Shown: positions 18,705 through 27,366 of the stretch, in pieces
How the letters are laid out: every line of letters begins with the position of its first letter
Numbering within the stretch: position 1 is the first letter of the stretch
NCBI GenBank assembly: GCA_903866605.1
Contig: CAIPOF010000055.1
Span: 1 to 53,775 of the forward strand
DNA from: an uncultured bacterium
GTDB taxonomy: Bacteria; Patescibacteriota; Saccharimonadia; Saccharimonadales; Saccharimonadaceae
Direction of reading: 5' to 3'
DNA: 53,775 nt
The notes under the pieces: model-generated
The model's input: only the letters and a program-made list of their open reading frames with translations
Told to the model about the DNA's origin: nothing
Database searches by the model: none
Position numbers and translations under genes: made by a program

Positions 18705-19445
18705 ATGAATAAGCGTTCATTATCGCCTTTTAATACTATAAATCCAAAATCTATAATCTACTCAAATGGGTTTACCATAGTCGAGCTCTTAGTCGTCATA
18801 GTAGTAATAGGCATCCTAGCCGCCATAACCATAGTCTCATTTACTGGGATATCTCAAAAAGCTGTCAATACATCACTACAATCAGATTTATCTAATGCCA
18901 AAAAAGAATTAGCTTTATACTACGTTGAGCATAGTGCTTATCCAGTTGACCTTGATGTTAATAAATGCCCATACGATTCGACCCCTGCAACTGATAATAA
19001 ATACTGTATTAAATCAAGCACTGGCAATACATTTACATATAGTTCTACAAGTCCATATTCGTCATATATTCTAATAAACTCTAATACAAATGGCGCAAAG
19101 TATCGAATAACAAATAACTCAAGTCCAAATGATTGGATTGCTGGGTTAATTGGGACAGTATTAGAAAATAAATGGGTCTATAAATCCGATTTAAATACTA
19201 AATATACCTGGGGACCAAACCCTGGTGCTGTGTCTAGCCCCCAAGGAGTGGTTGGACTTGATGTGTCTTATCCTAAGTTATATGTGCTTGTGGCTGATAA
19301 CACTATAGATTTCTCAGCATATCCTGCTCGTCAAGCTTGTAAAAATATAGGTGGTAGGCTTCCCGTTACTAGTGAAATTATTGCAATTTACAATGGTCGC
19401 GCTTCATATGGAAATAATTTTAATATGGTTCAATACCAAGCCTAA
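18705..19445 (+). CDS. Type IV pilin-like protein with DUF1566/Lcl-C-like C-terminal domain, ended prematurely by an in-frame TAA
   Basis: Prepilin motif G/FTIVELLVVIVVIGILAAI. AAGGA SD lies 5 nt before ATG 18705; an alternative ATG 18657 lies 7 nt after a TGtCATACT extended -10. The C-terminal ARQACKNIGGRLP...GNNF is paralogous to the end of the 823-aa pilin. Confidence 0.8.
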   Translation: MNKRSLSPFNTINPKSIIYSNGFTIVELLVVIVVIGILAAITIVSFTGISQKAVNTSLQSDLSNAKKELALYYVEHSAYPVDLDVNKCPYDSTPATDNKYCIKSSTGNTFTYSSTSPYSSYILINSNTNGAKYRITNNSSPNDWIAGLIGTVLENKWVYKSDLNTKYTWGPNPGAVSSPQGVVGLDVSYPKLYVLVADNTIDFSAYPARQACKNIGGRLPVTSEIIAIYNGRASYGNNFNMVQYQA

Positions 19446-19562
19446 TATTGGACTGCATCAGAGTTTAATAGCACTAATAGTAATGAAATGAATTTTAATA
19501 CTGATGTCTGGGGCTATATGAGTAAAACTAACAATGGTAATGTTCGTTGTGTAGTGGACTAA
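19446..19562 (+). other. In-frame continuation of the pilin gene beyond the TAA stop (38 codons plus stop)
   Basis: It translates to YWTASEFNSTNSNEMNFNTDVWGYMSKTNNGNVRCVVD. This aligns without gaps to the C-terminus of the 51214-53685 protein. Confidence 0.6.
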
Positions 19563-19573
19563 TTGAAAAAAAT

Positions 19574-20431
19574 TTATCGTAAAGTCCACTGATTTCCACC
19601 TAACGCGCGGATTGTACCAGATATTTCCATTGTTGTTAAAGTCATTGAAAATTCACTAGCATCAAGTTCAGACAATAACTGTAATTCGTCGCCATCGCGA
19701 ATACCAGATTGTAACAGACTAATAATCTTGGATTCTTGTGGATTAGACCCCAGTGCCAGTGATGTTTGAGGTTGTAATAAATCTGGGGCAATAATTTCTA
19801 ACACATCCTGTGCACAAGTAATCGGATGAGCGCCTTGTTTTATTAAATTATTACATCCAGCCGACATCGGACTGGTTATATTACCTGGTACAACAAACAC
19901 TTCCCTTCCTTGTTCTAGGGCGTGCATAACAGTTGATAACGTTCCACTGCGACTTGCGGCCTCAGTCACTATCACTGCATCAGATAAGCCACTTACGATG
20001 CGATTGCGTTCTAGGAACTGAAAATCACGAGCTTCGGTAATAGGTTCGTATTCACTAATCATTGCTCCACCACCTTTGATAATATCTTTGGATAGATTAA
20101 TATGCGTTGACGGATAAATAGAATCTACGCTGTTTGCCAAAACTGCCAGTGTTATTCCACCAGCGTCGAGTGTTGCGCGATGAGCAATCCCGTCAACTCC
20201 TAGCGCAAGTCCACTAACAACAATAACCCCCTGTTTCGCCAAATCGAACGCCAGTTGATAAGTCACTTCCCTACCATAAGCGGTTGGCTTGCGAGATCCT
20301 ACAATGGCAACAGTTGGTCGGCGTTTTTCAGGTAATTTGCCGATAAAATATAATGTTTCTGGACATTTGGCAATAGTATCTATAATCTGTAGATATTTAT
20401 GGCTATGGGGTGATATTTTATTGATTTTCAT
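19574..20431 (-). CDS. dprA: DNA-processing protein DprA
   Basis: VAIVGSRKPTAYGREV, VVSGLALGVDGIAHRA and SRSGTLSTV motifs. Confidence 0.9.
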   Translation of the reverse strand: MKINKISPHSHKYLQIIDTIAKCPETLYFIGKLPEKRRPTVAIVGSRKPTAYGREVTYQLAFDLAKQGVIVVSGLALGVDGIAHRATLDAGGITLAVLANSVDSIYPSTHINLSKDIIKGGGAMISEYEPITEARDFQFLERNRIVSGLSDAVIVTEAASRSGTLSTVMHALEQGREVFVVPGNITSPMSAGCNNLIKQGAHPITCAQDVLEIIAPDLLQPQTSLALGSNPQESKIISLLQSGIRDGDELQLLSELDASEFSMTLTTMEISGTIRALGGNQWTLR

Positions 20432-20451
20432 ATAATTTATGTCGAAAAGTG

Positions 20452-20480
20452 TTGACTTATTGTCAAATAAGTGCTAATAT
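20452..20480 (+). promoter_or_regulatory. Near-consensus promoter with extended -10
   Basis: TTGACT (20452-20457), a 17-nt spacer ending in TGC, then TAATAT (20475-20480). There is no annotated plus-strand gene downstream. Confidence 0.55.
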
Positions 20481-20486
20481 CAGTCT

Positions 20487-20752
20487 CGATTGGTTACATT
20501 GCGAGATTAACCAAACGCACCTTATACCCCTATTCTAACTTATGTTAGATTATATACAATGTTTTTTTAAGGTAGACTACCCTCCAACCTTAAGAAATGA
20601 TACTTCGAGTATAAGCATTGTATATATACTAATCCCTTTAACCAGCAGGTGTCTGCGATTTAGTCGAGACCTACCTAGCTTGCCCCACGGGTGGGTTAAA
20701 GGGTAAAATAGCGCCCTCAGCGAAGCCCACCCTTGCTGTGGGCGCTTTTTTT
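20487..20752 (+). ncRNA. Candidate structured small RNA of unknown family
   Basis: Bounded by the promoter above and an intrinsic terminator. It has an 11-bp stem (20551-20561 / 20616-20626). An inner 11-bp hairpin (20563-20573 / 20587-20597) has one G-U that works only on the plus strand, and its loop contains CCCUCC. A 10-bp stem joins 20634-20643 and 20694-20703. Confidence 0.45.
20710..20752 (+). terminator. Intrinsic terminator, probably bidirectional
   Basis: GCCCAC-ccttgct-GTGGGC (alternatively AGCGCCC...GGGCGCT) is followed by T7 (20746-20752). On the minus strand the same hairpin is followed by AUUUUACCCUUU. Confidence 0.6.
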
Positions 20753-20771
20753 GCCCAAAATTTCGTCCTGC

Positions 20772-20885
20772 CGAACCATTAGGCTATCAAATCTTCCGGG
20801 CCGCTTTACGTGTGACTTTGTCAGCACGTGGCGCTAGGCTTCGCTAACGCTCTCATCCCTTCAGATTTAATAACCTAACGGTTCG
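20772..20885 (-). ncRNA. Candidate structured RNA element downstream of pth, unknown family
   Basis: A 23-bp closing helix (20772-20794 / 20863-20885) whose three non-Watson-Crick positions are G-U only on the minus strand. It encloses two hairpins. Confidence 0.4.
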
Positions 20886-20960
20886 TGATTACAAACATTT
20901 TGTTCCTTACATCCTTAATGGTATGAGATTGTATTGTCATATTCCAATAGCCAATAGCTA

Positions 20961-21527
20961 TTAGCTAATCTTGTGGCTTGTGTGTTCGAGTGAACTACTG
21001 CAAAATTGAGTAACTAATTTAACAGAATGCGGAATTATTTTTTCAATCAATAAGGTTAATTCGGGGTTAGTGAATTTTGCCAGTACAAATGACGCATCAT
21101 CTATTTTTACTTCTGACTCGATTGCAATACCTATTTTGATGCGCGTATACGGTGAGTCAATGTGGGTATTTATGGATTTAATACCGTTATTACCTGCGTC
21201 ACCGCCTTGTTTCCGAATTCGTATGGTACCAAATGGCAAACTTAAATCATCATGAATAACAAGTAAATCACTTGCGGTATCGAGCTTGTAAAAGTCGACT
21301 AACTTTCTGGCGGATATGCCTGTATCGTTATAATAAGTGGTTGGTTTAGCTAATATCACCTTCTGACCATCAATTTTAACCTCAGCGATAATAGCATCAA
21401 ACTTTGACTTTTTGGTCCATTTTGCGTCGTGCATGGTAACAATTGTGTTCAATACTAAAAACCCGGCATTATGTCGCGATAATGAGTAGTCTGGTTCGGG
21501 GTTGCCTTGGGCAAAAATCAGTTTCAT
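20961..21527 (-). CDS. pth: Peptidyl-tRNA hydrolase
   Basis: MKLIFAQGNPEPDYSLSRHNAGF, VIHDDLSLPFG and GGDAGNNGIKS motifs. It overlaps der by 4 nt. Confidence 0.9.
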   Translation of the reverse strand: MKLIFAQGNPEPDYSLSRHNAGFLVLNTIVTMHDAKWTKKSKFDAIIAEVKIDGQKVILAKPTTYYNDTGISARKLVDFYKLDTASDLLVIHDDLSLPFGTIRIRKQGGDAGNNGIKSINTHIDSPYTRIKIGIAIESEVKIDDASFVLAKFTNPELTLLIEKIIPHSVKLVTQFCSSSLEHTSHKIS

Positions 21528-22876
21528 TTAACTTTTTCCTCTTTTTCACGGTTGGCTTTAATCTGTTTTTCATCACGGAAACTAAATTTAATTGGCGTGC
21601 CAGTATAATTATAGGTTTCACGAAGTTGTCGTTCCAGATATCTTTTATAACTCCAGTGTAGATATTTAAGATTAGATCCATAAATAACAAACCACGGTGG
21701 AGTTGTGTCTGTCTGGACTATATAACGCAGTTTTGGATGAGTATTTTTAAGTCCTGCTGGAGGATGGCGCTGAATACTTTTTTGTAACATGTCGTTTAAA
21801 ACACGTGTTTTAGTTTGTTGTTTACGCCTATTATCGATATCTAATGCCAAATCAAATAATTTTGTAACGTTTTGGCCAGTTACACTACTTGTAAAAATTA
21901 GCGGTGTCCAAGGTGTAAAATCAAATGTTCTAGATATTTTGGGGGCTATTCCGTCACGAGTATAGGCGTCTTTGCCTTCGATACTATCCCATTTAGTAAC
22001 GACAATTACCATTCCCTTGCCTGCTTCGTCGATTATTCCAGCTATTCGTTGATCAAGTTGTGTGTTCAGCTCATTGACATCCATCAACAGCAAACAAACG
22101 TCTGATTCTTCAATGGCAGCCAAACTACGCAGGACGCTAAATTTTTCAATACCGACCTCTTGTTTGCCGGGTTTACGAATACCAGCAGTATCCAACAACT
22201 GAATATCTCGATTACCATATCTGACAGATACGCGATTTACATCCCTAGTGGTCCCAGCTACATTGGCAACAATCGCCTGTTGTTTGCCAGCTAGTGTATT
22301 AAATAAATAACTTTTGCCAACATTTGGGCGACCAATCAATGAAATGCGCAAAATATCATCAGGTACATATTCGCTTTTTTCAGGTATTTGACTGACAATT
22401 TCGTCTAAGACATCTGTGATGCCTTGATTATGTTCGGCACTGGTTCGAATAATTTTTTTAATACCAAGGCGTTTGAACTCGTCAATTGGCAAACTGTTTT
22501 TCAGATCGGCTTTGTTAGTCAGCAATATTACTGGTTTTTTACTGCGCAGGGCCTTTTTGGCTATTAAACGATCCTGGTCACTGGTATATTGGCTGCTATC
22601 AACGACAACCAAGATAATATCAGCTGTATCAGCCGCATCGGTAATTTGATCCTGAATTGATTCCTCAAACTCGTCATCGGGGTCTTTTAGCCCGGCGGTA
22701 TCAACTATCCAAAAGTTGTGTTTTTTGTATTCTACGCGTCCTAGGACGTTGTCACGAGTCGTTCCGGCTTCTCGGGCGACAATTGCTTGCTGTGAACGCA
22801 TAAAACGATTAAAAAGCGAACTTTTGCCAACGTTCGCTTGACCGATAATTGCAACTGTGGGTAATTTTGATGCCAT
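21524..22876 (-). CDS. der: Ribosome-associated GTPase Der (EngA)
   Basis: Two G domains (GQANVGKSSLFN/DTAG/NKAD and GRPNVGKSYLFN/DTAGIR/TKWD) plus a KH-like C-terminus. Confidence 0.95.
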   Translation of the reverse strand: MASKLPTVAIIGQANVGKSSLFNRFMRSQQAIVAREAGTTRDNVLGRVEYKKHNFWIVDTAGLKDPDDEFEESIQDQITDAADTADIILVVVDSSQYTSDQDRLIAKKALRSKKPVILLTNKADLKNSLPIDEFKRLGIKKIIRTSAEHNQGITDVLDEIVSQIPEKSEYVPDDILRISLIGRPNVGKSYLFNTLAGKQQAIVANVAGTTRDVNRVSVRYGNRDIQLLDTAGIRKPGKQEVGIEKFSVLRSLAAIEESDVCLLLMDVNELNTQLDQRIAGIIDEAGKGMVIVVTKWDSIEGKDAYTRDGIAPKISRTFDFTPWTPLIFTSSVTGQNVTKLFDLALDIDNRRKQQTKTRVLNDMLQKSIQRHPPAGLKNTHPKLRYIVQTDTTPPWFVIYGSNLKYLHWSYKRYLERQLRETYNYTGTPIKFSFRDEKQIKANREKEEKVK

Positions 22877-22930
22877 GATTAATGCAATTATAACAGAGAA
22901 AACACTAGTTCGCGAGCATAAGCTGTTAGG

Positions 22931-23182
22931 TTAGTTTTTCACGACTAGGCTAATAATAGCAACCAATGCGATTACAGCCCAAACAAAATTTAATGCCGCC
23001 GGTTGTTTTGCTTTTTTAATGAGTGAAATTGCTACAATACCAATCGCACCACTTAAATTTAGGATTTGATATAAGTAGCTATCTGAAGTAATCAATTTAA
23101 AACTAACAAGTGCGTAAGCGCCTAATATTGCAAAGGTTCCATACCAGCCAACTAATTCTGCAAGTTTATGTTTCTCTCTCAT
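22931..23182 (-). CDS. Small membrane protein (about three TM helices), function unknown
   Basis: 83 aa and almost entirely hydrophobic. It has a 4-nt ATGA overlap with the upstream pseudouridine synthase gene. Confidence 0.5.
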   Translation of the reverse strand: MREKHKLAELVGWYGTFAILGAYALVSFKLITSDSYLYQILNLSGAIGIVAISLIKKAKQPAALNFVWAVIALVAIISLVVKN

Positions 23183-23895
23183 ATCTTTACGAATTCAAAT
23201 TCGCCGGGCTTTATATCACCTAGCGCATAATTTCCAAAATTTGTTCTATGAAGTTTATTGACAGTATAGCCTAAGGCACCGAAGGTGCGACGTATTTGTC
23301 GGTTGCGGCCTTCATGCATGGTTATTATCCAGCTTTTTCGATCAGTTTCACTCATTCGTTCCAGTAGCAATTTGCTAGTGCCGTCATCTAATGTGATACC
23401 TTGATCACTTATCATCTGTTGATGCAATGGCGCAAGGCTGTTTTCCAAACGAACATTATATATCTTAGTTTTATGGAAACTGGGATGAGTCATCTGGTAG
23501 GCAAAATCACCGTCATTTGTCATTAAGATGATACCACTACTATTTCGATCTAATCTCCCAACAGGCTTTAAGTGGTGATATTTTTCAGGTAATAGGTCAT
23601 AAATCGTCGGATTATCACCTTGCCTTTTGCGTGAACAGACATAACCAACGGGTTTATTGAGTGCAATATATTGATAATCAACCGATTTATTTATCTGTTT
23701 ACTATCAACTGTAATTTTATCATTTTCACTAAATCTAGCACCTAAAGTAGCTGTCACATTGTTAATAGCGACTTTTTTTTGATCTATTAAATTATCAGCT
23801 TCACGTCTGGAAATACCTAATTGCAGAGCTAGGTATTTGTTAAGTCGCAGAAGCTTGTTATTGTATTGCGGTTGGGTTTGTTTCTGAGCCGTCAT
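23179..23895 (-). CDS. Pseudouridine synthase, RsuA/RluB family
   Basis: S4 domain (LRLNKYLALQLGISRREADNLI) plus the catalytic GRLDRNSSGIILMTNDG motif. Confidence 0.9.
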   Translation of the reverse strand: MTAQKQTQPQYNNKLLRLNKYLALQLGISRREADNLIDQKKVAINNVTATLGARFSENDKITVDSKQINKSVDYQYIALNKPVGYVCSRKRQGDNPTIYDLLPEKYHHLKPVGRLDRNSSGIILMTNDGDFAYQMTHPSFHKTKIYNVRLENSLAPLHQQMISDQGITLDDGTSKLLLERMSETDRKSWIITMHEGRNRQIRRTFGALGYTVNKLHRTNFGNYALGDIKPGEFEFVKI

Positions 23896-24805
23896 GAAGT
23901 CCTTGGTCGATAATAGTATTCATATCTGTTGGTGGCAGGTCTGCAGGGGGTCTTTGTGGTGTCGTTGGCTCCAAATTTGCAGGAGGTGTGGTTGTGTTAT
24001 TAAACGGATTATTCATAGGTATGGGTTGGGACGCCGACGTCGAAAATGGAGCTGTTGGTTGTGGCAGTTGCGTCGATGTTGTATCGACTGCTGGTGCTGG
24101 GGGCTCTGTTTTAACAGTCGTCTCACTTATTGGTGTAACTGTCACCGTTTCTTCTGCCAAAGGGGCGGTTGGGCTTGGTGCAATTGTCTCGTTCGCAATT
24201 GAAGTCATTGGTTCAGTAGTTGTCGGTTCAGCCATGCCAGGTGTTGTTTCTAGCGGTTTTGTCTCGGTAGTAGTCTGAGGAGTAGATTGTTCAACTGATT
24301 GGTCTATTGCGCTGGTAGGCATAGGAACTGGTGGAGCTAGTGGAGTTGTTTGGGATGTAGCAGATGTCTGAGTATTTATAGCTGCGGTCTGCACGGGGAC
24401 TCCAAATTTTTGGCTTGATGAATTCACTGAGACTGGTACATCTGCCAGTACATCATGGACAGTTCTGACAACGTCCTCGATTCCAACTTGTGATTTGACT
24501 AAATATCGATTTGCACCAAGTTTTTCTCCGCGAGTTCGTTGATCTTCACTACTAAGAGCAGTCATCATAATCACTTTAATGTCTTTGGTCTCTGGAGTCG
24601 ATCGCAAAATATCCAGCATATCAAAACCACTAATTTTTGGCATCATTACGTCACTTAATATTAAGCCTGGTTTTTCTTTGACGGCCATTGCTAGGGCTTC
24701 TTCACCGTCACCAGCTGATATTATTTCGTAACCCTCTGCTAATAGCCTTACACCATAAATTTCGCGTAAGCTTTTGTCATCTTCAACTAGCATTATTTTT
24801 GTCAT
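23858..24805 (-). CDS. Response regulator: receiver domain plus long Pro/Thr-rich tail, no recognisable output domain
   Basis: IMLVEDD, LILSDVMMPKISG and VIMMTAL receiver motifs, then about 190 aa of P/T/S/A-rich low complexity. GGAGG SD precedes ATG 24805. Confidence 0.85.
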   Translation of the reverse strand: MTKIMLVEDDKSLREIYGVRLLAEGYEIISAGDGEEALAMAVKEKPGLILSDVMMPKISGFDMLDILRSTPETKDIKVIMMTALSSEDQRTRGEKLGANRYLVKSQVGIEDVVRTVHDVLADVPVSVNSSSQKFGVPVQTAAINTQTSATSQTTPLAPPVPMPTSAIDQSVEQSTPQTTTETKPLETTPGMAEPTTTEPMTSIANETIAPSPTAPLAEETVTVTPISETTVKTEPPAPAVDTTSTQLPQPTAPFSTSASQPIPMNNPFNNTTTPPANLEPTTPQRPPADLPPTDMNTIIDQGLHDGSETNPTAIQ

Positions 24806-24856
24806 ATTTACCTCCATTGTAACCAAATATATTAAAAAATACCATAGTTCTTGTGT

Positions 24857-26869
24857 TTAATCTTTCAATTGCACTATCCCCTTATTTGGCGTTAGTTCGG
24901 TTTTTGGACGATTTAACTGTGGGGATGCTTGTTGTTTTGCTAGGGTACGTTGCCTAACGACATAGGCTGCTATCTGTTCTGGGGTCAGACTTTGGCCTCG
25001 TGGAACAGAATATCTTTGTTCTGGGGGTGGAGTTACAGGTGGTGGTATAGGTAGTGGTGCAGTCGAAACTATAGGTTCAGGTTCGATCGCAGATACGGGT
25101 ATTATTGGAAATTGCGCGAGTGTTGATACAGGGTCAATAGTTTTTTCAATTTTATATATTGGGGATGATGGGGCCGTAATGGAGGGAGTTGCCTCAAAGG
25201 CTGGAATTGTATCGTTCTTATTTGAGTTTGTTGAGGCGACTAAAGCCTCTTGTTGTGCTAGTTGACTAGCTTCTTGGTTACTAATCCTAGGAAGTTCTAG
25301 AAAAAATGTGCTGCCAATATTGAAGACACTCTCTACCCATATTCGTCCGCCCATCATTTCTGCTAGACGACGGCATAAATATAATCCTAGGCCTGTTCCA
25401 CCAATATCGCGGGTTGTTTTATTTTCAACACGGTAAAATTTTTGGAATAGATGAGGTATATCTTCAGCAGGGATACCAACGCCACTGTCTTTGACGCTAA
25501 CAATAATGCGCTCATCGTCACCTGATATGTCAATAAGTATTTCTCCTTTTGGGGTGTACTTGATGGCGTTCTCAACAAGATTATTGATGATTTCACGGAT
25601 GTGGTCGTTATCAAGATTGACGAAATAAGCAGGAGCTATTGATCTTTCTGTTGGTCTGTCTGGCATAGGTTTAAATATTAATTCTACTCCACTTTCTATA
25701 GCTTTTTGCCTTAAGCCTTGGACTATATCGTGAATAAACAAAACAATATTAACGACAGCTGGTTTATTCGATAATCTGCCGTCATCTGATTTTGTTACGT
25801 CTAGAAGATCCTGGAATAAATGCCCAAGATGCTCGGCTGATTCGTGAGCTTTCAAAATAAAATCTCGGCCCCTATTATCAATCGTTGCAGTTACGGGATT
25901 TAAGGCTAAACCAAGGTATCCCTCTATCGAAGCAACGGGAGTTCTCATTTCGTGACTAGCTGTACTAATAAATTCTGCTTGTTGTTGTTCTTCCGTTTTT
26001 TCTTTCGTTATGTCGTGAAAAACAGTGATCACGCCTGATCCAATCTCTCCTACTGGCGAAGCGACCAATGACAGCATTATCCTTTTTCCACTATTTGTCA
26101 TTAGAATCAAATTATTCGTTCTTATCTCTTGATTAGAATTTAATGCTTGCCGGATTGGATCATTAGCCATATCGAGCAACTCATCTTTTTGATTAAAGAA
26201 TTTTAGGACTGATTTATAGCTAAGAGCAATGGCGTCCTTTTTATTCCAGCCTATAATATTTTGAGCAGCTGGATTCATTAATTTAATAATACCTTTGTTG
26301 TCAATGCCAATGACTCCGTCACCAATGGCGTTAATTACAACCTCTGACTTATCCGTAATTTCTGTGAGTTCGTTAGCAAGACTGTTGTACGCTTTATTAT
26401 CATTTTCAATTTCATTTTTTGATAATTTTCCGTGCCAAATAATGATACTGGCAATTACTGGCAGTATGCTACTAATTATTGTGATAAATAAAATATTGAC
26501 TGTAAGGTCATTATCGAAATACTGCATGCCGATAAAAGTACCGACTGCTACCAATATTGGCAATGTTCCCCATATTCCAAATATTCCAGAGAATATACTA
26601 ATCAGCATCCACAATGAAACAAAGGGGGAAGCTGTTCTACCGGTGCTAATTATCAATGCTGCAATTGTAGCTGAAAGTAGTAGATAAATGGTAAGTGAAA
26701 CTAAAAATATGTATTTTTTAGGGGTCCATAGGTATGAGATAAAAGATATTAGCAGTGTCAGGCCGGCTAAACTTACTGCAGGTATACTATTCGAAAGGGC
26801 TATTAGTGTACCAGAATTTTTTGAAAAATATGTGAAAAAATAAATTGTGATAATTACAGTTGTAACCAA
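24857..26869 (-). CDS. Sensor histidine kinase (multi-TM, PAS-like, HisKA, HATPase) with Pro-rich C-terminal tail
   Basis: H-box FISTASHEMRTPVASI, with DSGVGI and GGTGLGL ATP-lid boxes. TTG start with GAGG 7 nt upstream. The tail is rich in P/I/V/T (PLPIPPPVTPPPEQ). Confidence 0.9.
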   Translation of the reverse strand: MVTTVIITIYFFTYFSKNSGTLIALSNSIPAVSLAGLTLLISFISYLWTPKKYIFLVSLTIYLLLSATIAALIISTGRTASPFVSLWMLISIFSGIFGIWGTLPILVAVGTFIGMQYFDNDLTVNILFITIISSILPVIASIIIWHGKLSKNEIENDNKAYNSLANELTEITDKSEVVINAIGDGVIGIDNKGIIKLMNPAAQNIIGWNKKDAIALSYKSVLKFFNQKDELLDMANDPIRQALNSNQEIRTNNLILMTNSGKRIMLSLVASPVGEIGSGVITVFHDITKEKTEEQQQAEFISTASHEMRTPVASIEGYLGLALNPVTATIDNRGRDFILKAHESAEHLGHLFQDLLDVTKSDDGRLSNKPAVVNIVLFIHDIVQGLRQKAIESGVELIFKPMPDRPTERSIAPAYFVNLDNDHIREIINNLVENAIKYTPKGEILIDISGDDERIIVSVKDSGVGIPAEDIPHLFQKFYRVENKTTRDIGGTGLGLYLCRRLAEMMGGRIWVESVFNIGSTFFLELPRISNQEASQLAQQEALVASTNSNKNDTIPAFEATPSITAPSSPIYKIEKTIDPVSTLAQFPIIPVSAIEPEPIVSTAPLPIPPPVTPPPEQRYSVPRGQSLTPEQIAAYVVRQRTLAKQQASPQLNRPKTELTPNKGIVQLKD

Positions 26870-27005
26870 AAAAGCAACCTCGCATATACGGCGATTCCAA
26901 AAACGAGTTAATGAGAGTGGTTTAATATTGCCCCCTACTACTAATAATACCTGATGACATTATGACGATTATGGTTAGTTTTTACAAGTAGCGTTGGGGT
27001 AAGAG

Positions 27006-27242
27006 TTATTTTTTTTGATAAAGAGTTATTGACATAGCAAGCGAGAATATTGTGATTAAAACGAGTAAAACAACACAAACAGCTGAAAGAGTTGCATCAA
27101 ATGATATCGGTTGAGATATGCCTAGAGATAGGAGTGCAATAATTGATGTTGCTAACAAGGCAATAATTAGATGAGCATGGGCTAATTCCGTTCGTAGCTG
27201 GTTTAAGTTTTTCTTATTTACTCGCTTTAAAATTTTTTTCAT
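27006..27242 (-). CDS. Hypothetical small membrane protein (two TM helices)
   Basis: 78-aa ORF with a basic N-terminus and two hydrophobic spans. No recognisable motif. Confidence 0.4.
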   Translation of the reverse strand: MKKILKRVNKKNLNQLRTELAHAHLIIALLATSIIALLSLGISQPISFDATLSAVCVVLLVLITIFSLAMSITLYQKK

Positions 27243-27366
27243 TGCTTTTCCTTTTTGGTTTATTATACCTCTAGATTAATATGCTTGTGGTTTATTGTCA
27301 ATCTTTAAAGTAAGAAAAAAAGTAATTACGATAGATAAAATAGTGCGTATCATGCAACCTACGTTT

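Noticed and set aside
20542-20706. A 54-codon ORF (MLDYIQCFFKVDYPP...) fitting between the orphan promoter and terminator.
   Set aside because: It has no SD or leaderless geometry, and its amino-acid composition is odd. It is threaded through three helices of 10 bp or more, which is more consistent with a structured RNA. It is kept as an alternative in the sRNA finding.
20804-20833. Resemblance of CAAAGUCACACGUAA to the 3' half of group II intron domain V (GAAAGUCGCACGUAC).
   Set aside because: There is no GNRA tetraloop. The bulge is a single C on the 5' side rather than 2 nt on the 3' side. There is no AGC triad in the right register, no other intron domains and no reverse transcriptase ORF in the window.
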